From Eledone cirrhosa (lineage: Eukaryota), in assembly GCA_964016885.1 (NCBI GenBank), contig OZ024766.1:17732001-17796000 (forward strand): 64,000 nt of DNA. The letters are read 5' to 3'. This document shows, in pieces, positions 14,238 through 26,975 of the stretch (positions are counted from its first letter, which is position 1; the number at the start of each line of letters is the position of its first letter). A program made the position numbers and the translations under genes. Below the pieces are notes generated by a model that was not told where the DNA came from, did no database searches, and worked only from the letters and a program-made list of their open reading frames with translations.

Positions 14238-14565
14238 GTGTGTGTGTGTATGTGTATATAAATATATGTATGTGTATATATGTGTGTGTGTGTGTATATA
14301 TATATGTGTGTGTATATATATATATGTGTGTCTGTGTATATATATGTGTGTGTATATATGTGTGTGTGTATATATGTGTGTGTATATATGTGTGTGTGTA
14401 TATATGTGTGTGTATATATATATGTGTGTGTATATATACATGTGTGTGTGTATGTATAAATATATATTTATATATATACACACACGTATATACATATATA
14501 TACACATACACACGTATATACATATATATACACATACACATGTATATACATATATATACACACAC

Positions 14566-14611
<46 letters not shown>

Positions 14612-15498
14612 ATACATGTGTGTGTATATATATGTATATACGTGTGTGTATATATATGTATATACATGTGTGTATATATACATGTATATACATGTGTGTG
14701 TATATATATGTATATACATGTGTGTATATATATATGTATATACATGTGTGTGTATATATATATATATATATACATATATACATATATATACATATGTACA
14801 TACATGTGTGTATACATATGTACATACATGTGTGTATACATATGTACATACATGTGTGTATACATATGTACATACATGTGTGTATACATATGTACATACA
14901 TGTGTGTATACATATGTACATACATGTGTGTATATATATGTATATACATGCCTGTATATACATGTATATACATGCCTGTATATATATGTACATAAATATA
15001 TATATACATGTGTGTGTATATATATATGTATATACATGTGTGTGTATATATATTTATATATATGTATATACATGTGTGTGTATATATATGTATATAATTA
15101 TGTATATACATGTATATACATACATGTATATATATACATGTATGTACATGCCCTCCACCTCAATAATTATATATTTCTCCCCAACCTACCAAAAGACATC
15201 TGCCCGTATATGTTATACAATCTATGAACATGTTATGTTTACCAAAGTCTTTTTATATCTTAATTGATATATCATAGTAACAGCTAAATCACTACAGCTA
15301 AGTTGCCCTCCCCCCCCAACTCAGAAATGCTGTCCCTGCCCTTATCTCAATAAAGTGGTTGTCATAGAGACATTATCTTATGATATACATGCAAAATCCT
15401 GTACTACTCCCGTCACGAGTGTTTTGTACCCAGTGGAGATTTTTCTTTGGTGTGTAATTTTGTCTGGTAGAGTGTGTAGGTTGGAGATTTGATATCCA

Positions 15499-18065
15499 GT
15501 CCAGGTAGAGCTGCTACTTCTCTGAATTGAGGGATCACAGCTCTGATACTATGGACATGTGGTTAGAATGTCTCAGGTAAGAATCACTAGAGAGTCACTC
15601 CAGGTAGAGCTGCTACTTCTCTGAATTGAGAGATCACAGCTCTGATACTATGGACATGTGGTTAGAATGTCTCAGGAAAGAATCTCTGGAGAGTCACTCC
15701 AGGTAGAGCTGTTACTTCTCTGAATTGAGAGATCACAGCTCTGATACTATGGACATGTGGTTAGAATGTCTCAGGAAAGAATCACTGGAGAGTCACTCCA
15801 GGTAGAGCTGTTACTTCTCTGAATTGAGAGATCACAGCTCTGATACTATGGACATATGGTTAGAATGTCTCAGGAAAGAATCACTGGAGAGTCACTCCAG
15901 GTAGAGCTGTTACTTCTCTGAATTGAGAGACCACAGCTCTGATACTATGGACATGTGGTTAGAATGTCTCGGGGAAAGAATCACTGGAGAGTAACTCCAG
16001 GTAGAGCTGTTACTTCTCTGAATTGAGAGATTGCAGCTCTGATACTATGGACATGTGGTTAGAATGTCTCGGGAAAGAATCACTGGAGAGTCACTCCAGG
16101 TAGAGCTGCTACTTCTCTGAATTGAGAGATCACAGCTCTGATACTATGGACATGTGGTTAGAATGTCTCAGGAAAGAATCACTGGAGAGTCACTCCAGGT
16201 AGAGCTGTTACTTCTCTGAATTGAGAGATCACAGCTCTGATACTATGGACATGTGGTTAGAATGTCTCGGGAAAGAATCACTGGAGAGTCACTCCAGGTA
16301 GAGCTGCTACTTCTCTGAATTGAGAGATCACAGCTCTGATACTATGGATATGTGGTTAGAATGTCTCAGGAAAGAATCTCTGGAGAGTCACTCCAGGTAG
16401 AGCTGCTACTTCTCTGAATTGAGAGATCACAGCTCTGATACTATGGACATGTGGTTAGAATGTCTCGGGGAAAGAATCACTGGAGAGTCACTGCAGGTAG
16501 AGCTGTTACTTCTCTGAACTGAGAGATCACAGCTCTGATACTATGGACATGTGGTTAGAATGTCTCAGGTAAGAATCACTGGAGAGTCACTCCAGGTAGA
16601 GCTGTTTGTTACTTCTCTGAATTGAGAGATCACAGCTCTGATACTATGGACATGTGGTTAGATGTCTCAGGAAAGAATCACTGGAGAGTCACTCCAGGTA
16701 GAGCTGTTACTTCTCTGAATTGAGAGATCACAGCTCTGATACTATGGACATGTGGTTAGATGTCTCAGGTAAGAATCACTGGAGAGTCACTCCAGGTAGA
16801 GCTGTTACTTCTCTGAATTGAGAGATCACAGCTCTGATACTATGGACATGTGGTTAGAATGTCTCAGGAAAGAATCACTGGAGAGTCACTCCAGGTAGAG
16901 CTGTTACTTCTCTGAATTGAGAGATCACAGCTCTGATACTATGGACATATGGTTAGAATGTCTCAGGAAAGAATCACTGGAGAGTCACTCCAGGTAGAGC
17001 TGTTACTTCTCTGAATTGAGAGACCACAGCTCTGATACTATGGACATGTGGTTAGAATGTCTCGGGGAAAGAATCACTGGAGAGTAACTCCAGGTAGAGC
17101 TGTTACTTCTCTGAATTGAGAGATTGCAGCTCTGATACTATGGACATGTGGTTAGAATGTCTCGGGAAAGAATCACTGGAGAGTCACTCCAGGTAGAGCT
17201 GCTACTTCTCTGAATTGAGAGATCACAGCTCTGATACTATGGACATGTGGTTAGAATGTCTCAGGAAAGAATCACTGGAGAGTCACTCCAGGTAGAGCTG
17301 TTACTTCTCTGAATTGAGAGATCACAGCTCTGATACTATGGACATGTGGTTAGAATGTCTCGGGAAAGAATCACTGGAGAGTCACTCCAGGTAGAGCTGC
17401 TACTTCTCTGAATTGAGAGATCACAGCTCTGATACTATGGATATGTGGTTAGAATGTCTCAGGAAAGAATCTCTGGAGAGTCACTCCAGGTAGAGCTGCT
17501 ACTTCTCTGAATTGAGAGATCACAGCTCTGATACTATGGACATGTGGTTAGAATGTCTCGGGGAAAGAATCACTGGAGAGTCACTGCAGGTAGAGCTGTT
17601 ACTTCTCTGAACTGAGAGATCACAGCTCTGATACTATGGACATGTGGTTAGAATGTCTCAGGTAAGAATCACTGGAGAGTCACTCCAGGTAGAGCTGTTT
17701 GTTACTTCTCTGAATTGAGAGATCACAGCTCTGATACTATGGACATGTGGTTAGATGTCTCAGGAAAGAATCACTGGAGAGTCACTCCAGGTAGAGCTGT
17801 TACTTCTCTGAATTGAGAGATCACAGCTCTGATACTATGGACATGTGGTTAGATGTCTCAGGTAAGAATCACTGGAGAGTCACTCCAGGTAGAGCTGCTA
17901 CTTCTCTGAATTGAGGGACCACAGCTCTGATACTATGGACATGTGGTTAGAATGTCTCAGGAAAGAATCACTGGAGAGTCACTCCAGGTAGAGCTGCTAC
18001 TTCTCTGAATTGAGGGACCACAGCTCTGATACTATGGACATGTGGTTAGAATGTCTCAGGAAAGA
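15499..18065 (+). repeat. 99-bp minisatellite (~26 copies) derived from a second RTE family
   Basis: Unit reads LQVELLLL*IERSQL*YYGHVVRMSQER and runs on into RVAGQILQAKPTGRRPR (to ~18145). Confidence 0.9.
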
Positions 18066-18169
18066 GTAGCTGGACAGATTTTACAGGCAAAACCAACCGG
18101 CAGGAGACCCAGGGTAAATCCCAAGGAAGATGGTTGGATAACATTTGGAGACAGTTTCTTATCTAAATT

Positions 18170-18620
18170 TTATGTAAGAACCTTTGTTAAGTTATGTTCC
18201 ATTAGAAATATGGTAATGAAAGGGTTAAAGTGTTTATATTTATCTAAAAACCTTCCATCATAATTTTATGTCGGAACCTTTGTTAAGTTATGTTCCATTA
18301 GAAATATGTTAAGAACCTTTGTTAAGTTATGTTCCATTAGAAATATGTTAAGAACCTTTGTAAAGTTATGTTCCATTAGAAATATGGTAAGAACCTTTCT
18401 TAAGTTACGCTCCATTAGAAATATGTTAAGAACCTTTGTAAATATGTTAAGAACCTTTGTAAAGTTATGTTCCATAAGAAATATGTTAAGAACCTATCTT
18501 AAGTTATGTTCCATTAGAAATATGTTAAGAAACTTTGTAAAGTTATGTTCCATTAGAAATATGTTAAGAACCTTTGTTAAGTTATGTTCCGTTAGAAATA
18601 TGGTAACAGTTGGGGTTAAA
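18170..18620. repeat. 39-bp tandem repeat from a MITE subterminal region
   Basis: aagaacctttgttaagttatgttccattagaaatatg units next to a ...atggtaatgaaagggttaa terminus. Confidence 0.7.
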
Positions 18621-18675
18621 ACATTTGTTACCTCACCTAAATTCTCATACTCCTTTATTTTATTCTTCATTTCAG

Positions 18676-18775
18676 ATGATCGTTCGATAAAGGTGTTTAA
18701 TCTACCTAGGAATATATCCAACGATGTGCTCAGCTTTTTGTTTAAGGAGTCAAGTTCTATCTGCAGGACACCACA
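18676..18775 (+). CDS. RRM gene exon (RRM-A N-half, RNP2-like IKVFNLP)
   Basis: ttcatttcag| acceptor, |gtatgt donor. DDRSIKVFNLPRNISNDVLSFLFKES; phase 1 to phase 2. Confidence 0.8.
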
Positions 18776-18816
18776 GTATGTATTTTAAGGGCTTTAGGGG
18801 AGGGGGGACATGACGG

Positions 18817-18848
<32 letters not shown>

Positions 18849-18964
18849 CACCTGACAGACACCACCAAACGCACGCAGGCACACACACACATATGAAAAG
18901 GGCTGACGCTCGGCTGTCGTCTCTCCTACACATCACATATGACAAAAAAAAGTACATTACTGGG

Positions 18965-19143
18965 AAGGATCGAGCGACCTTCGTCAAATCGGACCGAGGA
19001 AACAATGTTTCCGTTGGTTTTTCCAGTTGCTAGTACTAACTATCGGTCGCAACTCCAGGTAAAAGGAGCAACGTGAAATAAAAATGTCTTGCTCAAGGAC
19101 ATAACGCATCGCCTGGTCCAGGAATCGAACTCACAACCTCAAG
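18965..19143 (-). mobile_element. tRNA-derived SINE (second family)
   Basis: Reverse complement of 53755-53930; B-box GAGTTCGATTCC followed by tgtccttgagcaagaca. Confidence 0.75.
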
Positions 19144-19379
19144 ATCTGAATATATGTATAGTATGTCTAAAAATATTCTGTATGTTTATTTAAAAGCACT
19201 TTGAAGACCATTCACTATGAGTTATAAAGTAGTGACTTTGTCATTTACTTATTCCCGGCAAAAACAAAGGGAAGCAACCGACAGCTGTTTCTCACTCCTT
19301 AGCAGTTTTCAAGACTGCTTACCCCTTTGCTTCTGCAGAGGCTAATAGAAGCTGGATTCTTATAGAATTCCAGTGATAT

Positions 19380-20440
19380 TTAACCCTTTAGCATTCACAT
19401 TACTCTATATATACTATTGTATTGTCACAGTAAAGGCTTTACCTCACATAACATTTACATTACTCTATATATACTATTGTATTGTCACAGTAAAGGCTTT
19501 ACCTCACATAATATCTCACATAACATTTACATTACTCTATATATACTATTGTATTGTCACAGTAAAGGCTTTACCTCACATAATATCTCACATAACATTT
19601 ACATTACTCTATATATACTATTGTATTGTCACAGTAAAGGCTTTACCTCACATAATATCTCACATAACATTTACATTACTCTATATATACTATTGTATTG
19701 TCACAGTAAAGGCTTTACCTCACATAATATCTCACATAACGTTTACATTACTCTATATATACTATTGTATTGTCACAGTAAAGGCTTTACCTCACATAAT
19801 ATCTCACATAACATTTACATTACTCTATATATACTATTGTATTGTCACAGTAAAGGCTTTACCTCACATAATATCTCACATAACATCTACATTACTCTAT
19901 ATATACTATTGTATTGTCACAGTAAAGGCTTTACCTCACATAATATCTCACATAACATTTACATTACTCTATATATACTATTGTATTGTCACAGTAAAGG
20001 CTTTACCTCACATAACATTTACATTACTCTATATATACTATTGTATTGTCACAGTAAAGGCTTTACCTCACATAACATTTACATTACTCTATATATACTA
20101 TTGTATTGTCACAGTAAAGGCTTTACCTCACATAATACCTCACATAACATTTACATTACTCTATATATACTATTGTATTGTCACAGTAAAGGCTTTACCT
20201 CACATAACATTTACATTACTCTATATATACTATTGTATTGTCACAGTAAAGGCTTTACCTCACATAACATTTACATTACTCTATATATACTATTGTATTG
20301 TCACAGTAAAGGCTTTACCTCACATAATATCTCACATAGCATTTACATTACTCTATATATACTATTGTATTGGCACAGTAAAGGCTTTACCTCACATAAT
20401 ATCTCACATAACATTTACATTACTCTATATATACTATTAT
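19380..20440 (+). repeat. 60/72-bp minisatellite inside a TTAA-CCCTTTAG (piggyBac-type) MITE end
   Basis: Starts ttaaccctttagcattcac, followed by ~15 copies of acattactctatatatactattgtattgtcacagtaaaggctttacctcacata. Related copies at 45915-46371 and 62968-63131. Confidence 0.8.
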
Positions 20441-20523
20441 ATTTAAATCCCAGTACATTTAAATTAAGCCATTGGAATTTTTAAGGGTATGTCAATATTT
20501 GTTTATGAAACTGATCTATATTA

Positions 20524-20588
20524 TATTTTATCTGATGAAAGCACACCATAATTTGCCTTGGTGTCCTTGAAATATGTATAATGAAATA
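20524..20588 (+). ncRNA. Type I hammerhead ribozyme motif (family A), intronic and sense to the RRM gene
   Basis: tattttat CTGATGA aagcacacca...tggtgtcctt GAAA tatgta TA atgaaata. Confidence 0.78.
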
Positions 20589-20630
20589 AATATGGTTTTA
20601 TAAATATAGTTTCCATTTGTTAATATATTG

Positions 20631-20664
<34 letters not shown>

Positions 20665-20747
20665 AATGAAGTAATTCCGGGAAAAAAGAGTGCTCTATGT
20701 AGGTTACAGAGCTTATTAGTTATGTAATAAACAACATAAGATAATTA

Positions 20748-20807
20748 TTTCATTTACCAGTGGTTTCTTGAAAGCAAACAAATCTGCTTTCAGTCGTCAG
20801 AATGAAA
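20748..20807 (-). ncRNA. Type I hammerhead ribozyme motif (family E)
   Basis: Minus strand reads tttcatt CTGACGA c tgaaagcag-atttgt-ttgctttca a GAAA ccactgg TA aatgaaa. 7-bp stem I, GUA site. Confidence 0.72.
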
Positions 20808-20895
20808 AAATCCTGGTGTTTTTATTGCATTCAAACTAGGGGTACATATAATTTCTTACATTTTACACTATTCTCATTCTCTCTAAACCCTCCAG

Positions 20896-21035
20896 TTCAA
20901 CAACAGCCATTGTGGAGTTCAGCTGTGTGCGAGATGCAGAGGCCTTCATCCATAAAAGCAAAACCTTAATGGTTGAGGACAATGTCCTCACTATAGAAGG
21001 CTGCTCCCACAAGAATCAAGGACCTTCAAATAAAG
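20896..21035 (+). CDS. RRM gene exon (RRM-A C-half, RNP1-like TAIVEF)
   Basis: ctccag| acceptor, AAG|gtaggc donor. STTAIVEFSCVRDAEAFI..LMVEDNVLTIE; phase 2 to phase 1. Confidence 0.8.
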
Positions 21036-21119
21036 GTAGGCTTGCATTCAATCTTTCGTGTCTTAGACACACACACACACACACACACACACGCATGCAG
21101 TGCAGGTCAAGACATTACA

Positions 21120-21765
21120 AGAAGCACCCAGTCCACTCTGTAAAGTGGTCGTGTTGGCAACACAATGACAAAGAGCACTCAGTCCTCTCTGTAGAGTGGT
21201 AGTGTTGGTGTCATGATATAATGCACCCAGTCCACTCTGTAAAGTGTAGTGTTGGTGTCATGATATAATACACCCAGTACACTCTGTAAAGTGGTAGTGT
21301 TGGTGTCATGATATAATGCACCCAGTCCACTCTGTAAAGTGGTCGTGTTGGCAACACAATGACAAAGAGCACCCAGTCCTCTCTATAGAGTGGTAGTGTT
21401 GGTGTCATGATATAATGCACCCAGTCCACTCTGTAAAGTGGTCGTGTTGGCAACACAATGACAAAGAGCACCCAGTCCTCTCTATAGAGTGGTAGTGTTG
21501 GTGTCATGATATAATGCACCCAGTCCACTCTATAAAGTGGTCGTGTTGGCAACACAATGACAAAGAGCACCCAGTCCTCTCTGTAGAGTGGTAGTGTTGG
21601 TGTCATGATATAATACACCCAGTACACTCTGTATAGTGGTAGTGTTGGTGTCATGATATAATACACCCAGTATACTCTGTAAAGTGGTAGTGTTGGTGTC
21701 ATGATATAATGCACCCAGTACACTCTGTAAAGTGGTAGTGTTGGTGTCATGATAAAATACACACC
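21120..21765. repeat. ~48-bp minisatellite (cac.ctgtaaagtggt family, SINE/RTE-UTR derived)
   Basis: cacccagtccactctgtaaagtggt units. Confidence 0.8.
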
Positions 21766-21944
21766 CGTTTATATAAGCAACGTAATAAATGTTATATAAC
21801 GGACACTAACCGGAAGTGTTGATGTTTGAAAATTTTAAAGTAGTGAATCTTTAAATAAGCAATAAAATTATTTATATTTAATCAACAGCCACGAAATTTA
21901 GGAGATAAATTATGTAATATTCATTCATTATTTATTCAAAGTGG

Positions 21945-22628
21945 ATTGGCAGTATCGGTAGAGGGTCGGACGCCATGCTTTGAAGCATAGAGTTACGTCC
22001 CTTTACTGTCTGGGTTCAAATCCCGCCGAAGTTAACTTTGCCTTTCATCCTTACGCGGGGTCGATAAAATAAAGTACCAGTAATACACTGGGAGTAATTG
22101 CTGGCCTTGTGCCCCCAAAAGTAGAAACATTTATTACGGGGTCGATAAAATAAAGTACCAGTAATACACTGGGGTAATTGCTGGCCCTGTGCCCCCAAAT
22201 GTAGAAACAATTATTACGGGGTCGATAAAATAAAGTACCAGTAATACACTGGGAGTAATTGCTGGCCCCTGTGCCCCCAAAAGTAGAAACATTTATTACA
22301 GGGTCGATAAAATAAAGTACCAGTAATACACTAGGGGTAATTGCTGGCCCTGTGCCCCCAAAACTAGAAACAATTATTACGGGGGGTCGATAAAATAAAG
22401 TAACAGTAATACACTGGGAGTAATTGCTGGCCTTGTGCCCCCAAAAGTAGAAACATTTATTACGGGGGGTCGATAAAATAAAGTAACAGTAATACACCGG
22501 AAGTAATTGCTGGCCCCTGTGCCCCCAAAAGTAGAAACATTTATTACGGCGTCGGTAAAATAAAGTAACAGTAATACACTGGGGGGTATTTACTGGCCCT
22601 GTGCCCCCCAAAAGTAAAAACAATTATT
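21945..22628 (+). mobile_element. tRNA-derived SINE (Deu/Nin-like core) with its ~81-bp 3' segment repeated ~7 times
   Basis: A-box-like tggcagtatcggtag, B-box ggttcaaatccc, gcctttcatcctt..ggggtcgataaaataaagtaccag, then tandem tail units. Confidence 0.8.
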
Positions 22629-22728
22629 TATTCAAAGTAATCCAACTTATTTTACTAACGAGATAAAAAAAAATATATAAAATGGAGGCAGTTCCATACT
22701 TCTTTGTTTACTTTTTGTGATGTTGCAG

Positions 22729-22840
22729 ATCCTTTGGAGTCTCGCCAGTTGTTCATACAAAACATTCCACTATGGACGACCACAGAGTATTTGGATGTGC
22801 TCTTTCCAGGGGCAAAGTCCATCAAAAGGTTGGATGGCTT
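22729..22840 (+). CDS. RRM gene exon (RRM-B N-half, RNP2-like LFIQNIP)
   Basis: ttgcag| acceptor, |gtaagt donor. DPLESRQLFIQNIPLWTTTEYLDVLFPGAKSI; phase 1 to phase 2. Confidence 0.85.
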
Positions 22841-22874
22841 GTAAGTATGGGAAGGGCTATTGAGCTTTTACACA

Positions 22875-23440
22875 AAGTTGTTGTTACTGTTGTTGGTGGT
22901 GTTGTTGTTACTGTTGGTGGTGGTGGTGTTGTTGGTGTTGGTGTTGTTGTTGTTACTGTTGTTGTTGGTGTTGGTTGGTGTTGTTGGTGGTGTTGTTGAT
23001 GTTGTTGGTGTTGGTGTTGTTGTTGTTACTGTTGTTGGTGTTGTTGGTGGTGTTGGTGTTGTTGTTGTTACTGTTGTTGTTGGTGGTGTTGGTGGTGTTG
23101 GTGTTGGTGTTGTTGTTGTTACTGTTGTTGTTGGTGTTGTTGGTGGTGTTGGTGTTGGTGTTGGTGTTGTTGTTGTTACTGTTGTTGTTGGTGGTGTTGG
23201 TGTTGTTGTAGTTGTTGGCGGTGGTGATGGTGGTGTTGTTACTGTTGTTGTAGTTGCTGTTGTTGTTGTTACTGTTGTTGCTGTTGTAGTTGCTGTTGTT
23301 ACTGTTGTTATTGCTGTTGTTGTTGTTGTTGTTACTGTTGTTGTTGTTGTTGTTACTGTTGTTGTTGGTGTTGTTACTGTTGTTGTTGTTGTAGTTGCTG
23401 CTGTTGTTACTGTTGTTGGTGTTGTTGTTGTTGCTGTTAC
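22875..23440. repeat. (GTT/GGT)n low-complexity tract
   Basis: Degenerate trinucleotide repeats. Confidence 0.9.
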
Positions 23441-23744
23441 ACAGACAAAAATAAACACATACAGACATGCATGCACGTACACAAAAACACACACACACAT
23501 ACACACACACACACATGGTGCGGAGTGGGGGTGGCGGGGGACACTAGATCAGGTTACCTTCAGCTGTAGGTTAAACACAGGTGTCACTCCCTGTCCAATC
23601 TCTGACACATTACCCCCTCCCCACCCCCTTTCTGCCAACTTTACAGGTGTCACCACACACACACATAGATATATATACACACATATATATATATTATATA
23701 TAAATATATATATACACACGCACACACACACACACGTCTGTGTG

Positions 23745-23786
<42 letters not shown>

Positions 23787-24028
23787 CGTGTGTGTGTGTA
23801 TATGTGTGTGTGTGTATATATATGTGTATATATATGTGTGTATGTGTATATATATATATATGTGTATATATATGTGTGTGTATGTGTATATATATATATA
23901 TGTGTATATATATGTGTGTATGTGTATATATATATGTGTGTATATATATGTGTGTGTGTGTATATATGTATATATATGTGTGTGTGTGTGTGTATATATA
24001 TATATGTGTGTGTGTGTGTATATATATA

Positions 24029-24109
<81 letters not shown>

Positions 24110-24218
24110 ATATATGTATATATATATATGTGTGTGTGTGTGTGTATATATGTATATATATATGTGTGTGTGTGTATATATGTATATATATATGTGTGTG
24201 TGTGTGTGTATATATATA

Positions 24219-24284
<66 letters not shown>

Positions 24285-24467
24285 TGTGTGTGTGTGTGTA
24301 TATATATGTGTGTGTAGGATATAGCGGATTAAGAGGTGCCTATTGGGTGTATATTTGAGTCCGTGCACAAGGGTGTGTGTGTGTGTGTGTATATATATAT
24401 GTGTGTGTGTGTGTATATATATGTGTGTGTGTGTATATATATATGTGTGTGTGTGTGTGTATATATA

Positions 24468-24510
<43 letters not shown>

Positions 24511-24549
24511 ATATATGTGTGTGTGTGTGTGTATATATGTGTGTGTGTG

Positions 24550-24592
<43 letters not shown>

Positions 24593-24605
24593 GTGTGTGT
24601 GTGTG

Positions 24606-24651
<46 letters not shown>

Positions 24652-24779
24652 TGTGTGTGTGTATATATATGTGTGTGTGTGTGTGTATATATATGTGTGT
24701 GTGTGTGTATATATATATGTGTGTGTGTGTGTGTATATATGTGTGTGTGTGTGTGTATATATATGTGTGTGTGTGTGTG

Positions 24780-24825
<46 letters not shown>

Positions 24826-24883
24826 TGTGTGTGTGTATATATATGTGTGTGTGTGTGTGTATATATATGTGTGTGTGTGTGTG

Positions 24884-24989
<106 letters not shown>

Positions 24990-25074
24990 TGTGTGTGTGT
25001 GTGTATATATATGTGTGTGTGGGATATAGCGGATTAAGAGGTGCCTATTGGGTGTATATTTGAGTCCCGTGCAC

Positions 25075-25107
<33 letters not shown>

Positions 25108-25204
25108 ATTGCCTGGTAACACCCCCACCCCCCCAGCCCCACCACCGTTGACCAGTCGTTCTCCTATTCCGCCATCATCACCTGTTCAATTCTCTCCCCC
25201 ACAG

Positions 25205-25329
25205 CACGGCTGTTGCAGAGTACCGTACCGCCAAGGACATGCAGCTGGAACTGATGAAGACCACAACGCTACGCATTGACCAGAACCAACTGTTGGTCAG
25301 TTCGGCCAGAGATTACCGAAGGAACGCAA
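25205..25329 (+). CDS. RRM gene exon (RRM-B C-half, TAVAEY)
   Basis: ccccacag| acceptor, |gtatgg donor. FTAVAEYRTAKDM..LRIDQNQLLVSSA; phase 2 to phase 1. Confidence 0.8.
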
Positions 25330-25379
25330 GTATGGCTCTTCTCTCCCCCATTGCCGTTATTTATTTATTTATTTTATTT

Positions 25380-26370
25380 CCGTGACCTCTGGCGTCACGC
25401 AGTAATACAGAGTACCCGACCTTCCATGGGTACAAGCTGAAGCATATAGACAATATGCCACCACACCCTCCACCGCAAGGTGGTCGTGGAGGTGCCACGG
25501 CAAAAAAGCACCCAGCACTCACTGTAAAGTGGTCGTGGAGGTGCCACGGAAAAAAAGCACCCAGCACTCACTGTAAAGTGAACGTGGAGGTGCCACGGCA
25601 AAAAGCACCCAGCACTCACTGTAAAGTGGTCGTGGAGGTGCCACGGAAAAAAAGCACCCAGCACTCACTGTAAAGTGAACGTGGAGGTGCCACGGCAAAA
25701 AAGCACCCAGCACTCACTGTAAAGTGGTCGTGGAGGTGCCACGGCAAAAAAGCACCCAGCACTCACTGTAAAGTGGTCGTGGAGGTGCCACGGCAAAAAA
25801 GCACCCAGTCCACACTGTAAAGTGGTCATGTAGGTGTCACAACAAAAATTACCCAGTCCACACTGTAAAGAGGTCATGTAGGTGTCACAACAAAAAGTAC
25901 CCAGGCCACACTGTAAAGTGGTCATGTAGGTGTCGCAACAAAAGATATGCAGTCCACACTGTAAAGTGGTCATGTAGGTGTCACAACAAAAAGTACCCAG
26001 CCCACACTGTAAAGGGGTCATGTATGTAGGTGTCACAACAAAAAGTACCCAGGCCACACTGTAAAGTGGTCATGTAGGTGTCACAACAAAAGATACGCAG
26101 TCCACACTGTAAAGTGGTCATGTAGGTGTCACAACAAACCGCACCCAGTCCACACTGTAAAGAGGTCATGTAGGTGTCACAACAAAAAGTACCCAGTCCA
26201 CACTGTAAAGTGGTCATGTAGGTGTCATGACAAATAGTACCCAGTCCACACTGTAAAGTGGTCATGTAGGTGTCACAACAAAAAGTACCCATTCCACACT
26301 GTAAAGTGGTCATGTAGGTGTCCCAACAAATAGCACCCAGACCACACTGTAAAGGGGTCATGTAGGTGTC
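25380..26370 (+). mobile_element. RTE-tailed non-autonomous retroelement with its 48/49-bp internal unit expanded
   Basis: Head matches the reverse complement of 62600-62700, followed by 49-bp and then 48-bp cactgtaaagtggtc units. Confidence 0.7.
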
Positions 26371-26429
26371 ATGTTGTTGTTTCTGTTGTTGTTGTTGTTG
26401 TTATTGTTACTGTTGTTGTTGTATTCCAG

Positions 26430-26644
26430 ACACCAATCATGGCAGCGCACTGCCACAGAGTGTTTGCCGATATTCCTTGAATCGGAAGAGCAACGGCAGC
26501 CCGCACACATCACTGGCTGGTAAACCGGGCCCCAGCGGTGGGGAAAGATCAAGCCCCAACCGTGGCGGTGGTCGTGATGGGGACAGCGGTGGCAGTGTTC
26601 ACTTCAGTCAAAAGAGGAACAGCACAGAGGCAGAACTCCTTGGG
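26430..26644 (+). CDS. RRM gene exon (low-complexity linker)
   Basis: ttccag| acceptor, GGG|gtaagt donor; phase 1 to phase 0, open frame. Confidence 0.78.
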
Positions 26645-26713
26645 GTAAGTATTGTTGTTGTTGTTGTTGTTGATTGCATTGGTCATGTGATGCGTATGAA
26701 GGACGGCAGGTCT

Positions 26714-26975
26714 ATAATAATAATAATAATAATAATGAAATATTGTGTACAGTGCTCAGGTGCACTACAACTCATCAAAAAGTGTATGTATAGTACATAG
26801 GGTAATGTACAAACATAAGGAAAATGAACAGTGCATGAGTCATGATACACACGTGTGCATGTGTATGGAAGGGGTACATCAGGTGTAGTTTTGGCGTATT
26901 TCGGGAAGCATGAGTGTCTTAAAGGATGCAGTGTCTCGACAGCTAACAACTGATGCAGGTAGTTTGTTCCATGGA
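26714..26975 (-). mobile_element. CR1-type LINE 3' end with (ATT)n tail
   Basis: Minus strand reads PWNKLPASVVSCRDTASFKTLMLPEIRQNYT* (WNxLP..VV..FK motif), then a short UTR and (ATT)n. Confidence 0.75.

Noticed and set aside
19339-19372. Possible extra exon after ttctgcag
   Set aside because: The required phase gives an immediate TAA and the donor is weak.
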